Shown here: positions 52,082-62,716 of the stretch, in pieces
How positions within the stretch are numbered: the first letter of the stretch is position 1
How the letters are laid out: each line of letters begins with the position of its first letter
NCBI GenBank assembly: GCA_963795275.1
Contig: CAWCHD010000010.1
Span: 94,263-158,262, forward strand
From: an uncultured Actinomycetota bacterium
GTDB lineage: Bacteria; Actinomycetota; Actinomycetes; Propionibacteriales; Nocardioidaceae
Reading direction: 5' to 3'
Length of the DNA stretch: 64,000 nucleotides
Made by a program: the position numbers and the translations under genes
Notes under the pieces: model-generated
Told to the model about the DNA's origin: nothing
The model's database searches: none
The model's input: the letters and a program-made list of their open reading frames with translations, nothing else

Positions 52082-53127
52082 CCGACGGACAGTGGGAGGT
52101 CTTCAGCTACGAGGCCGTCATCGGCGCCGCGGTGCTCTACTTCCTCGCGATGCTGGCCTACTTCTTCGAGCTGGCGAGCCTGCGCCACGGCCAGGACGAG
52201 CAGGCGGTCGCGACGGTCGGTGCGGCTCCGGGCGGCACGCCCGCCGTCGGAGACCCGGCCGAGGACGCACGGAGCCGTCGCAGCGAGGTCGCCGGGCGCC
52301 TCGGCCTGGTCCTGACGGTCTTCGCCGTCGTCGTCCACCTCGCCGCGCTCGTCGCCCGCGGCCTCGCCGCCGACCCCAACCGGGTGCCGTGGGGCAACAT
52401 GTACGAGTTCACGATCTCCGGCACCTTCGTGGTCGCGCTCATCTTCGTGCTCTCGACTCTCCGGACCGACATCGAGTGGCTCGGCCCCCTGGTCTCCACC
52501 TTCGTCGTCGCCGCGCTGATGGCGGCGTTCCTGGGCCTGGACGACGCCGTCCTGCCGCTCCCGGACGCGCTCAACTCGCCGTGGCTGGTGATCCACGTGG
52601 TCTCGGCCGTGATCTCGACCGGGGCCTTCACCATCGGCGCGCTGCTGTCGGTGCTCTACCTCGTCAAGGCGCGCTCGAGCGCGACCACGGGCTACCTCGC
52701 CCGCGTGCCCGAGCCCAAGGTCCTGGACCGGCTGTCCTACCGGATGCACGCGTTCGGCTTCCCGGTGTGGACCTTCGCGGTCCTCATCACCGGCCCGATC
52801 TGGGCGCACCAGGCGTGGGGCGCCTACTGGAACTGGGACCCCAAGGAGGTGTGGGCGTTCATCACCTGGGTGGTCTACGCCGCCTACCTGCACGCCCGCG
52901 CGACGGCGGGCTGGCGCGGGCGCAACGCCGCGATCCTGGCGCTGGTCGGGGCCGCGACGCTGTGGTTCAACTTCATCGGCATCAACTTCTTCAGCAGCTC
53001 CAGCCAGCACTCCTACGCTGAGGGCGCAGGGGCGGAGCGCTCAGTCGTCCTCCGGGTCGCGGCGGCGCCGGTCGAGTCCCCGCAGGAAGTCCGGGTCGTC
53101 GTCGGGACCGACCACGCGCGGCGGTGA
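52078..53127 (+). CDS. ccsA: Cytochrome c biogenesis protein CcsA/ResC (true stop probably near 53020-53040)
   Basis: PWGNMYEF, WLVIHV, GPIWAHQAWGAYWNWDPKE, YLHAR, HSYA. Confidence 0.93.
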   Translation: MTDGQWEVFSYEAVIGAAVLYFLAMLAYFFELASLRHGQDEQAVATVGAAPGGTPAVGDPAEDARSRRSEVAGRLGLVLTVFAVVVHLAALVARGLAADPNRVPWGNMYEFTISGTFVVALIFVLSTLRTDIEWLGPLVSTFVVAALMAAFLGLDDAVLPLPDALNSPWLVIHVVSAVISTGAFTIGALLSVLYLVKARSSATTGYLARVPEPKVLDRLSYRMHAFGFPVWTFAVLITGPIWAHQAWGAYWNWDPKEVWAFITWVVYAAYLHARATAGWRGRNAAILALVGAATLWFNFIGINFFSSSSQHSYAEGAGAERSVVLRVAAAPVESPQEVRVVVGTDHARR

Positions 53128-53226
53128 CGCACCGCCGCTGCCGCCGTCGAGGCGACGCAGCGCGAGCTTGACCAGCACCCACACGACGACCGCGATCGCG
53201 GCCACCACGAGCAGCACCTTCAGCAT
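53041..53226 (-). CDS. Small membrane protein (GPDDDPDFL motif)
   Basis: N-terminal TM helix plus RVVGPDDDPDFLR, typical of small proteins next to ccsA/menA. Confidence 0.65.
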   Translation of the reverse strand: MLKVLLVVAAIAVVVWVLVKLALRRLDGGSGGASPPRVVGPDDDPDFLRGLDRRRRDPEDD

Positions 53227-53263
53227 TCCTCCAATGTAGTCAGGTCCACCTAGGCTGGTCGCC

Positions 53264-53617
53264 GTGAAGGAGTTCGTGGTCTACACCGCCCTGCGGATCG
53301 TGCTGTTCCTCGCCTCGTTCGGGATCGTCATCGGACTGATGGCACTGGTGCTCGGCGGGCGCTACAACCTGTTCTGGGCGGTCGTGCTCGCGTTCCTGAT
53401 CTCCGGGATCGCGTCCTACTTCGTCCTGGACCGCCAGCGCGAGGCCTTCGCCCGGCGCGTGGAGGAGCGGGCCGCCCGCGCGGCCGCCGCCTTCGAGGAG
53501 CGCAAGGCCCGCGAGGACCGCGACGACGGGAAAAGGCGCCGAGATGGCGGGCTAGAGCACGCGACGCGCACTTCGCGTGCAGGATGGAACCTATGCCTGT
53601 CGGGCATCGGAGACTGA
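53264..53617 (+). CDS. DUF4229-like membrane protein (3' end uncertain)
   Basis: FVVYTALRIVLF, two TM segments, SYFVL..QRE; TAGGCT -10 7 nt upstream. Confidence 0.75.
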   Translation: MKEFVVYTALRIVLFLASFGIVIGLMALVLGGRYNLFWAVVLAFLISGIASYFVLDRQREAFARRVEERAARAAAAFEERKAREDRDDGKRRRDGGLEHATRTSRAGWNLCLSGIGD

Positions 53618-53696
53618 CACTAGCCCGCGAGATGATGCGCATGGAGACGACACGACGACCACGAGGACCCGCGCTGATCCTGGCTGGGCCCTGCGC

Positions 53697-54953
53697 TCAG
53701 AAGCCCGTCAGGCTGTACGCCGGCTCGCTGAGGTCGGCCATCGCTGCGAAGCGGCGTACGGCCTCGTCCGAGCCGACCACGCGGCCGGCACGGTGCAGCT
53801 GCCGCACGGGGACTCCGCCGAGGTAGAGCGAGCCCAGCGCCTCGGCGCTGAGGCGTACGTCGGGCGCGTCGTCGGCGCGCACGACCGTCGCGGCGCCGTC
53901 CGCGGTCGTGACCGCGAAGCGTCCCGCCGCGTGGCCCTGCGGGTCGTCGACCTCGAGCACCACCGAGCCGTCGGCCGACCAGGGGCGGGCGACGAGGGCA
54001 CGGGGCACGTCGAGCACCCGCAGCCAGAGGAACTCCTGGACCTCGGTGGTGCTCACGCGGTCGAGGTCGGTGAGGGCCCACATCAACGGGTCCTCGGGGT
54101 GGAACAGGTTGAAGGTGACCTTGGCGGTCTGGTCCATGTGGCCGAGGAAGGACCAGAGCGCGAGCTGGGCCTGCGGCGTGAGCGCCACCATCTCGTCGAC
54201 CTTGACCGTCTTGTCCTCGCCCGGCTTCCAGATGGCGAAGCCGTCGACCGCGCCGCTCGCGTCGAGGTGCACCACGACCCGGATCTTGCGGTTGGCACCG
54301 CCGCCGCTGGGGTCCCAGGCGCCGGTGTGCATGTCCTCGTACGGCGCGGGCCAGGCCACCGAGCCCCGCTGGCGGGCGTGGAAGGTGTCGAAGACGGCCT
54401 TGACGTGCGGCCACGCGTCCGCGGGCTCGAGGAGCTCGACGCGTCCCGGGTCGACGAAGTCGCGCAGGCCGAAGCCGGGCGTGGTGTCGACGCTGACGCC
54501 CGTGCGGAAGGTGGCCGGGCCGAAGCCCCAGCGACCGTAGATGGTGGCCTCGGCCGCGGTCAGGGCGGCCATCGGGACGCCCCGGGCGACGGCGTCGGCG
54601 AGGTCGTCCTCGATGAGCCGGCGCAGCAGGCCCCTGCGGCGGTGGGCCGCGCTGGTGGTGACGTCGGTGACCATCCGCAGCGGCAGCAGCTCGCGACCGG
54701 CGTTGAGCGTCTTGTCGAAGCTGGCGTAGGTCGCGACGGGCAGGGGGCCGGCGCCGAGCTCGCCCTCGGGCAGCCAGGCGCCACGGACGATCACGTCGTC
54801 GGCGCGGTAGTGCCGCACCCACCGCTCGACGCTGTCGTCCTCGGGCCGGTCCTCGCGGAACCCGCGCAGGACCGCCGTGATCCACCCGCGACGGCGGGCG
54901 GCCGCGGCGGGGGAGTCGTCGGAGAAGTCGAGGAGGGCGAAGTCGTAGTCCAC
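53697..54953 (-). CDS. Eis-like GNAT acetyltransferase with SCP2 C-terminal domain
   Basis: VTTSAAHRRRGLLRRL, ALTAAEATIYGRWGFGPA, LWLRVLDVPRAL.AR, LGSLYLGG. Confidence 0.9.
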   Translation of the reverse strand: MDYDFALLDFSDDSPAAAARRRGWITAVLRGFREDRPEDDSVERWVRHYRADDVIVRGAWLPEGELGAGPLPVATYASFDKTLNAGRELLPLRMVTDVTTSAAHRRRGLLRRLIEDDLADAVARGVPMAALTAAEATIYGRWGFGPATFRTGVSVDTTPGFGLRDFVDPGRVELLEPADAWPHVKAVFDTFHARQRGSVAWPAPYEDMHTGAWDPSGGGANRKIRVVVHLDASGAVDGFAIWKPGEDKTVKVDEMVALTPQAQLALWSFLGHMDQTAKVTFNLFHPEDPLMWALTDLDRVSTTEVQEFLWLRVLDVPRALVARPWSADGSVVLEVDDPQGHAAGRFAVTTADGAATVVRADDAPDVRLSAEALGSLYLGGVPVRQLHRAGRVVGSDEAVRRFAAMADLSEPAYSLTGF

Positions 54954-54992
54954 CCGTCCACGCTAGTGAGCGGCCCGGTGGCCCGCCACGGG

Positions 54993-55868
54993 TTATCCGA
55001 GCAGGAGCAGCGGCACCGCGACGAGCACCGACCACAGCAGCTCGGAGGCGCCCGTGGCCGCGAGGACCGGGATGAGTGCGGGCCCCGTGGCGCCGCCGAG
55101 GACGGCCCGGGTCGGGACCGCGGCGCGGGCCAGGAAGCCGAGGCCGATCAGCGCCCACCACGTCGTGGCGGCGGCGACCGCGACGACCGCCGCCGCTGCG
55201 ACCAGGACGAGGAAGGCATAGAGGAAGCGGGTGCGCTCGTCGCCGAGGCGCACGGCCAGGGTGCGCTTGCCGGCGACGGTGTCGGTGGGGATGTCGCGCA
55301 GGTTGTTGGCGACCAGGATCGCGCACGCCAGCGCGCCGATGCCGACGCCGGCGTAGAGGGCCGCCCACTCCCACGTCTGCGTCTGGACGTAGGTCGTGCC
55401 GATCACGGCCACGAGGCCGAAGAAGACGAAGACCATGACCTCGCCGAGCCCGAGGTAGCCGTAGGGCCTGTCGCCACCGGTGTAGAACCAGGCCGCCACG
55501 ACGCACACCAGGCCCACCACCACCAGCCACCAGGCGGTGGTCGCGGCGAGGACCAGTCCGGCCACGGCGGCCACGCCGAACGCGGCGAAGGCCGCGGCCT
55601 TCACCGCTCCCGGGGTCGCCGCACCCGAGCCCACCAGCCGCATCGGCCCGACCCGGTCGGCGTCGGTGCCGCGGATGCCGTCGGAGTAGTCGTTGGCGTA
55701 GTTGACCCCGACCTGGAGCGCGAGGCTCACCACGAGGGCCAGCAGGGCCTTCCACCACACCGCGTGGTCGGCGTGTGCCGCGACGCCGGTGCCGGCGAGC
55801 ACGGGGGCGACGGCGGCGGGGAGGGTGCGGGGCCGGGCGCCGGCGAGCCAGTCAGCGGTGGAGGTCAC
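54993..55868 (-). CDS. menA: 1,4-dihydroxy-2-naphthoate polyprenyltransferase
   Basis: GARPRTLP, NYANDYSDGIRGTD, YTGG..PYGY.GLGE, NNLRDIPTD..AGKRTLAV. Confidence 0.96.
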   Translation of the reverse strand: MTSTADWLAGARPRTLPAAVAPVLAGTGVAAHADHAVWWKALLALVVSLALQVGVNYANDYSDGIRGTDADRVGPMRLVGSGAATPGAVKAAAFAAFGVAAVAGLVLAATTAWWLVVVGLVCVVAAWFYTGGDRPYGYLGLGEVMVFVFFGLVAVIGTTYVQTQTWEWAALYAGVGIGALACAILVANNLRDIPTDTVAGKRTLAVRLGDERTRFLYAFLVLVAAAAVVAVAAATTWWALIGLGFLARAAVPTRAVLGGATGPALIPVLAATGASELLWSVLVAVPLLLLG

Positions 55869-57208
55869 CGGTGGATTCTGGCAGGGGGCCGTCCGGCTCC
55901 ATCGGCAAGGGCTCCTGCGAGAGCGCGACGTCCGCGGGCTCGGGTCCGCCTGCCCGCGCGTCGGCGAGGACGTCGGCCGGGACGTGCTGCTCGAGGAAGC
56001 GTCGCCCGGAGTGCGCCGAGACATGGAGGCCGACGGCACCGACCGTGACGATCGCCGCGATGGTGAGCCACCCGAAGGCTCCCCACTCCATCGCGAGGAA
56101 GCCATAGGCCGCGGGCGCCCAGAACCGGCCGAGCGTGCCGCCGAGCTCGGAGACGCCCTGGTAGTCGCCGCGACGGCGGGGGTCCATCAGCTCGGCCTCC
56201 AGCGTCCAGCCCGAGGCGGAGAGGAACAGCTCGGCCCAGGTGAGGACGATGTGGCCGACGAAGAACAGCACGATCGTCAGCCAGCCGGTCGTCTCGTGGG
56301 TGGCCAGCGTGACGAGGCAGGTCAGCACGAAGAACAGAGTCGAGAGGCGTACGGCGCGCAGGGCGGTCTCGACGTCGCGGATGCCGCGCGAGGCCAGCCG
56401 CGGCAGCACGATGCACATGAGCGTGTTGGTGCCGAAGAGCACCGCGACCAGGACCTTCGGGCGCGTCGGTCTCGGTCACCAGCCACACGGGGATGACCGT
56501 GTGCAGCAGCACCTGGTTGGTCCACATGACGCCCGTGAAGAACGTGACCGCGATCCAGCTGCGGTTGCGGATGGCGGGGATGCCCTCGGGCTTCACCCGC
56601 GGCTCGGAGCTGCGTACGTCGTGGGTGGCGTCCGGCAGCCGTGGGATCGCCGCGCTGTTGAGGAGGAACAGCACCGCGCTCACCAGGGGCGCCCACCGCA
56701 GGGCCTCGGTGCCGAAGGCGATCGCGCCCGCGCCGAGGAAGGCGCCGATGCTGAAGCCGACGTTGAGCGCGGAGTAGAGGTAGGCGCGCGACTCCACCCG
56801 CTCCGCCGGCGGCAGGATGTCGATGACGTAGGCGCCGTGCGCCGTGCCGCCGAGGGTGCCAGCGACCTCCATCGCCACGGCGAGCGCGACGTACTCCGGA
56901 AAGCTGTCGATGAAGGGCCACGCCAGGAAGAGCGCCCCCTGGACCGCCGCCGACAGGGTCCACATCCGCTTGGGGCCGAAGTGGTCGACGAGCTTGCCCA
57001 TCGGCACCGCGACGATGAAGCTCGCGACCGCCGCGATCGTGAGGCCGATGCCCACCTCGCCCAGCGAGAGGCCGACCACCAGGGTGAAGAAGACCGCCGA
57101 CCCGGCGAGGAAGGTGCCGTCGCCGGAGGCGAAGAGCAGCGACTGGATCGACAGCCGCCGGGCGAGGGTCGACGGGGGCGTGGCGTAGTTCTTCAGGGCG
57201 GTGAGCAT
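55852..57208 (-). CDS. MFS transporter, paralog 1 (frameshift near 56460)
   Basis: GKLVDHFGPK motif A, many TM segments, RRGDYQG. Confidence 0.87.
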
Positions 57209-57290
57209 CGCCGGTCATCCTCTCCCGCGGGAGCGACGGACGTCCTGCCATTTTCGGACGCGACAGTCGCTGTCGGAGTCCGTCGGTCAC

Positions 57291-57412
57291 GTGACACCGC
57301 TGGTTGAGCAGCGAGGCCGCCCGCGGTGACACCGCTGGTTGAGCAGCGAGGCCGCCGCGGTGACACCGCTGGTTGAGCAGGGAGGCCGTCCGCGGCGAGC
57401 GTGTCGAAACCA
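57291..57412. repeat. Three tandem 34-35 bp units of a REP-like sequence
   Basis: gtgacaccgctggttgagcag(c/g)gaggccg..cgcg at 57291, 57326 and 57360, ending in gcgagcgtgtcgaaacca. Confidence 0.85.
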
Positions 57413-57475
57413 AGGCCATCCGGGTCGGCGTGTCGAAAAGACGTTCTCCACAGATCCCTTTCGCGCAGGTCAGAG

Positions 57476-57497
57476 TGTCGGTGGTCGCTGGGATGAT
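57476..57497 (+). promoter_or_regulatory. PafBC-type promoter of the HNH gene (imperfect -10)
   Basis: TGTCGG-N10-GATGAT-N6-ATG. Confidence 0.55.
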
Positions 57498-57503
57498 GGA
57501 CCC

Positions 57504-59023
57504 ATGTCCACCACCGCCCCGGCTCCCGCAGCCACCAGCACCCGGCCCGCCGGCCGCGACGTGTTGGAGCGTGCGGTCGCAGCCCAGGCCGCACGCCGGC
57601 GAGCCGACGTGGAGGTTCTCGAGGCCGCGCTCGCGTGGGCCCACGCACACGTCATGTCCGTGGACGACGACCCCGCCCTGGTGGCCGGGTGGCGTACCGA
57701 CACCATCCACATCCCCGGCACCCCTGCTGCGTTGTTCGGTGAACGGCCCGTGCCGCTGGCCGGTCCGGGCACGCCGCTGGTCGCGGAGTTCGCGGTCATC
57801 GAGCTCGCCGCGGTCCTGGACCAGTCCCACGAGGCCACCCTGACGCTGCTCGGCGACGCCCTCGACCTCGCCCACCGCCTCCCACGCCTGTGGGCACTGG
57901 TGCGCGACCTGCGCGTGCCGGTGCGTCTCGCCCGGGAAGCAGCCACCGCCTCGCGTGACCTCGACCCCGCGGCGGCCGGGCACGCGATCGGCTTCTGGCT
58001 CTGGCAGCCCCGCCGGCTCAACCCGCACCGCATCGGCGTCCTGGTCCACGAAGCGAGGCTCTACGCCGACCCCGACCGTGCCATCGCCGACCACGACCAC
58101 GCCCTGGCCACCCGCCGCGTGGAGGTCCACCACGACGACGGCGCCCCCGGCACGTCCGCGGTGTTCATGACCCTCGACGACCACCGACGCCGTCTCGTTC
58201 GACCACACCGTGTCCACCATGGCCGCGACCATGCGTTCCCTGGGCCACCACGGCGACCTCGGCGTCCGCCGCGCCCACGCCGTCGGGCTCCTGGCCGACC
58301 CCCACAAAGGCCCTCGACCTCCTCACCGCCGCCGACATCACCGACGCCCGACCGGCCCCGTGCCCGATCGATGACGAGCCCACCATCTGCGTCGCCGAAG
58401 ACGCCGCCTACGCCGACCCCCACCCCCTTCCGCAGGCCCGAACGGTAGGCTCCGCAGCACGGGTGGTGGCGCGTCGGGTGAGGTGAAGCTCGTCGTCCAC
58501 GTCACCGACCGCGACCTCCTCACCAGCCAGCACACGATCGATTCGACCGGCGTCGCCCGATCTCGACGACCTCGGCCCGATGCTGATCGGCCGGCTCCGG
58601 TCCTGGCTGCTGACCGCAGGGAAGGTCACCATCCAGCCCGTCCTCGACCTCGACCCCGACACGGCCTCGATCCCCGCAGTGGACCAGCACGACCCACCCG
58701 CCCCGATGGCAGCCGCGGTCCGGCTGGGTGACGCGACCTGGGTCTACCCTCACTGCGGCCGGCCATCCGCAGCGGTGCGACCTCGACCACATCGATCGAC
58801 TACGTCCCCCTCGACGACGGCGGACCACCCGGCCAGACCCAGCCCAGCCAACCTCGCACCCCTGTGCCGCAGGCACCACCGGGCCAAGACCTTCAGCGAC
58901 TTCACCTACCGGCGACTTCCCGACGGGTCCTACCACTGGACCCTCCCCACCGGCAACCCAGGTCACCACCGACCCACCCGACCCCGACGCCCCAGGACCT
59001 CAGCACCGCGACCAAGACCCTGA
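57504..59023 (+). CDS. DUF222/HNH endonuclease (13E12-like), multiple frameshifts
   Basis: LAGPGTPLVAEF, DALDLAHRLPRLW, VTIQPVLDL, YPHC, CDLDH, NLAPLCRRHHRAKT. Confidence 0.82.
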
Positions 59024-59175
59024 CCGCCCCCCAGCCCGACACCCACGCGGTGATCGGGCCACCGGCGTGTCGCAGATCTGCGAGTCACGGACTCGGTCAG
59101 CAGACGCGAGCTTCGCTGCACGGGCTGGGGAGCGCCGCGGTGTGAGAGTTTCCCGCATTCCTGTGCTGTGGCCAC

Positions 59176-59805
59176 ATGAGGGAGCCAGCCGAAGCACCGC
59201 GCGTACGAGGTCCGCCTCGCGCGCGTGGAGGAAGCCTGGCGACGTCGCTCGCGTGTGCGAGCGAGCGGCTTTGCGGTGTCATCGGTCGGGCTGCGGTCGG
59301 CGGGTGACCGTGGAGCGTCAGACAGCCGCTGTACTACGACGTGTCACGCGTGCGGGACGAGATCGCGTCGGCAGGGGAGGCGCCGGCATGGCAGGGCTAC
59401 GCGGTCGCCGCGACCGACGAGGGCAACGTCCTTCGGGCTGCGGGGGGCGGCGTGCACGAGACGCGGGTGGTCGGGAACCTCTACGTGCCGCGTACACTCG
59501 GACCTCGGGCTCCGGGGGCGCGGGATCGGGACGTCTCTCCTCGACTTCGTCACGGCAGCAGCAGAAGTGCTGCGGGCGCGACGGAGCAGTGGGTCTCCGT
59601 GACCGACGGCAACCGGCTCGTCCTTCCCTTCTACCTCGCTCGCGGTTTCGTCGTTCGCGACAGGGTGCCGTTCGACGCCACGCACGATCCTCCGGAAGCC
59701 TTCTCGCTGAGGATGCAGCGCGCCATCGCCGAGCGTCGGCGATGCCCGTCGGCGCGTCGCCTCTCGAACGAGCATGGCCACGACGCGTCCCGCGTCGTCA
59801 CCTAA
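59176..59805 (+). pseudogene. Degraded GNAT acetyltransferase
   Basis: Fragments in several frames: LRGRGIGTSLLDFVT, EQWVSVTDGN, PFYLARGF; atypical codon usage. Confidence 0.6.
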
Positions 59806-60072
59806 GACGACGACCGCGGGCACGAGCCGGAAACGTCGAGGCTGGCGTTGAAGATCCCGGACGGCTCGTCGAAGGAAGCGCCCTGGCGAAGGTCACCTGC
59901 ACCTTGTCCTTGTAGGTCTCGATCGTGCAGACCAGGCCGTCGACGGAGAAGGTCGGACGCCAGCGGGGTCGGACGCCTTGCGCCACTTCACGTCCTCGGT
60001 GGCGTCGGGCTTGGCCTCGAGGATCAGCGCCCGCGCCCTGCTGACGGTCTGCTCACGCCAGGCGCCGGCCAT
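59798..60072 (-). pseudogene. DUF1801-family protein, frameshifted and apparently truncated
   Basis: WREQTVSRARALILEAKPDATEDVKWRK, CTIETYKDKVQVTFARGAS, PSGIFNASL. Confidence 0.65.
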
Positions 60073-60079
60073 CGCAGCG

Positions 60080-60368
60080 CTAGGCCCCCGGGACCACGCG
60101 CAGGTCGCGGTCGGCGCCGTCGCCGAGGGCGCGCAGGGCCTCCTGGTAGGCCTCGCTGTCGTGGGCGGCGCGGGCGGCCTCCACCGACGCGAACTCGATG
60201 ACGACGGTGCGGGTCTGCTCGCCCTGCTCGTAGGTCACCTCGGGGTTGCCGCGCGCGAGGAACCGGCCGCCGGCCTCGCGGATGGCCGGCCCGGCCAGCT
60301 CGGCGTACGCCGCGACCTTGGCGGTGGTCGTGCACGGCCTCGTAGACACAGATCCAGTAGGCACTCAT
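60080..60368 (-). CDS. DUF1330 family protein (frameshift near 60330)
   Basis: MSAYWI, AYAELAGPAI..AGGRFLARG, RTVVIEF, DSEAYQEA, RDLRVV. Confidence 0.85.
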
Positions 60369-61669
60369 GACCCAGATCCTACGGGCGCGCCTCACGCGGC
60401 GACCGTGCCGCGCGAGATACCGCTCGGCAGCGCGCGCGGACGGACCCATGGTGAGCGTCGCGACGATGAAGATCGCGGCGATCGTCACCCAGCCGAGGGA
60501 GCCCTGCTCCATCGCGAGCCACGTGAAGAGCGCGGCGCCCAGACGGAGCCGAGGGTGCCGCCGATGTGCGCGCGCCCTGGTACTCCGCGCGCTGGTCGAC
60601 GTCGGTGAGCTCGGACATGAAGCCCCAGGGGCCGGCGGACTGGAAGAGCTCGGCGCCGGTGACGGTGACGTGGCCGAGCCAGACCAGGAAGATCGTGAGC
60701 CAGCCGATGGTGTCGTGCGTGACGAGCACGATGGCGCACGACAGGACGAAGAACCCGGCGGAGATGTAGGACGCGCGCAGCGAGCGCGCGACCGAGTTGA
60801 CCCCGCGGGCGGCGGCGACCTGGAGGAGCACCGCCATCACGGTGTTGGTGCCGAACAGCCACGCGAGCAGGACGCGCGGTGCGTCGGTCTCCTCGACGAG
60901 CCAGAGCGGGATCACGATGTTGAGCAGCACCTGGTTGGTGCCGAGCACGCCGTCGCCGGTCATCAGGGCGAGGAAGGCGCGGTTCTTCAGCGCGGCCGGC
61001 TTGACGACGGCCTCCTCGGTGGCGACGCGGCTCGCGAGCAGGCGGGTGCCGGGAGGCGGGTGATCCAGTAGGTGTTGGCGAGCAGGATCAGCACCGGTGA
61101 GGATCGGCACCGCCCGGACCACGGTGTCGCTGTTGGTCGCCAGCGCGAGCCCGCCGATCAGGGCGCCGAAGGTGAAGCCGATGTTGAGGGCTGCCCGCAT
61201 GAAGGCCTGCGACTCGACGCGCTCCTCGCTTGGTGAAGATGTCGATCGTGTAGGCGCCGCGGCCGCTCCAGCCGGCCTGGCTGACGATCTCCAGCACGAC
61301 CATCATCACGAGGAAGGCCGCGAAGCCGTGGAGCAGCGGCCACACGAAGTAGAGCAGCGACGTGCCGAGCGCGCTCATCGCCCAGATCCGCTTCGTGCCG
61401 ATCCGGTCGGCGAGCTTGCCGGCGGGCACGGCGAAGAAGAACGACACGAGGCCGGCGACGGTCAGGCCGATGCCGACCTGGGCGGCGGACAACCCGACGA
61501 TCTGCGTGAAGAACACCGCCGAGCCGGTGATGAACGTTCCCTCGCCGACCGCGAAGAGGATCGACTGCACCGACAGGGATCGGGCCAGCGGGCTCGGCGG
61601 CAGCTGCCGACGCCACCACGACTCGCGCCTGCGTCGCAGCCTGTGGCTCAGTCCGTCCATCGCGCCCAT
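60365..61669 (-). CDS. MFS transporter, paralog 2 (multiple frameshifts)
   Basis: GKLADRIGTK; shares LSVQS.LFA.GEGTF, NQVLL, LVEETDAP, LFGTNT with paralog 1. Confidence 0.85.
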
Positions 61670-61695
61670 GGTGGCAGAGCCACTAGCGTTCGGCG

Positions 61696-62716
61696 GTGAG
61701 TTTCCTCCGGCCCTCGGACGAGCCCTCGGTCGCGATCAGGCAGCTGTCGCGGTGGCTCGAGGCCGACAACGCCGCCCCGCTGCTGATCGAGACCTCCGGC
61801 TCCACGGGCCGGCCCAAGGGCGTCGTGCTGCCGCGCCGGGCCGTCCTCGCCAGCGTCGAGGCGTCCGCGCGCAGGCTCGGCGCGTCGGGCCGCTGGCTGC
61901 TGGCGCTGCCGTCGTCGTACGTCGCCGGGGTGCAGGTGATCGTGCGCTCGCTGGTCGCCGGGCACGAGCCGGTCGTCGTCGACGGGCTCGACGTCGGACG
62001 CGCCGTCGGCGGCCCACCACGGCGACACCCCCACCTTCGTCTCGCTCGTGCCGACCCAGCTGCACCGGATCATCACCGACCCCGAGCAGGTCGCCGCCCT
62101 CGCGCGCTGCCACACCGTGCTCGTCGGCGGGGCCGGGCTCGACCCCGACCTGCTCGCCGCGGCCGAGGAGGCGGGCGTCCGCCTCGTCTCGACCTACGGC
62201 TCCTCGGAGACGGCGGGCGGGTGCGTCTACGACGGCGTGCCCCTCGACGGCGTCGGGGTCACGCTCGGCGCAGAGGGACGCGTCCGGATCGCCGGCCCCA
62301 CCCTCTTCAGCCACTACGACAACGACCCGGAGCTGACCGCGGCGTCGGTGGTGGACGGCTGGTTCGTCACCTCCGACGCGGGGCGCTTCGACGAGGACGG
62401 CCGGCTCCAGGTCGTCGGTCGCGTCGACGACGTCGTGATCAGCGGCGGGGTGAAGATCCCGGTCACCCGCGTCGCCGAGCGGCTGCGCCAGCACCTGCAG
62501 GTCGAGCAGGCCGAGGTCTTCGGCGTGCCCGACCCCGAGTGGGGGCAGAGGCTCGTCGCCGTCCTCGTCGGCACCGCCACCGACGCCGAGCTGCGCGACT
62601 GGATCAGCGAGGTCCACCCCCGGTCGTGGGCGCCGCGCGAGTTCGTCCGCGTCCGAGCCTCCCGACTGCTGCCCAACGGCAAGGTCGACCGCCAGGCCAT
62701 CCGGGCCGGCCTGTGA
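61696..62716 (+). CDS. menE: O-succinylbenzoate--CoA ligase (frameshift near 62010)
   Basis: ETSGSTGRPKGV, SLVPTQL, TYGSSETAGGCVYDG, GRVDDVVISGGVKI, NGKVDR. Confidence 0.9.

Noticed and set aside
53020-53127. Extended CcsA C-terminus overlapping an antisense gene
   Set aside because: CcsA normally ends shortly after HSYA; likely an indel removing the stop
53560-53700. Possible leader peptide or sRNA between the DUF4229 and eis-like genes
   Set aside because: No convincing promoter, RBS or stable structure seen by eye
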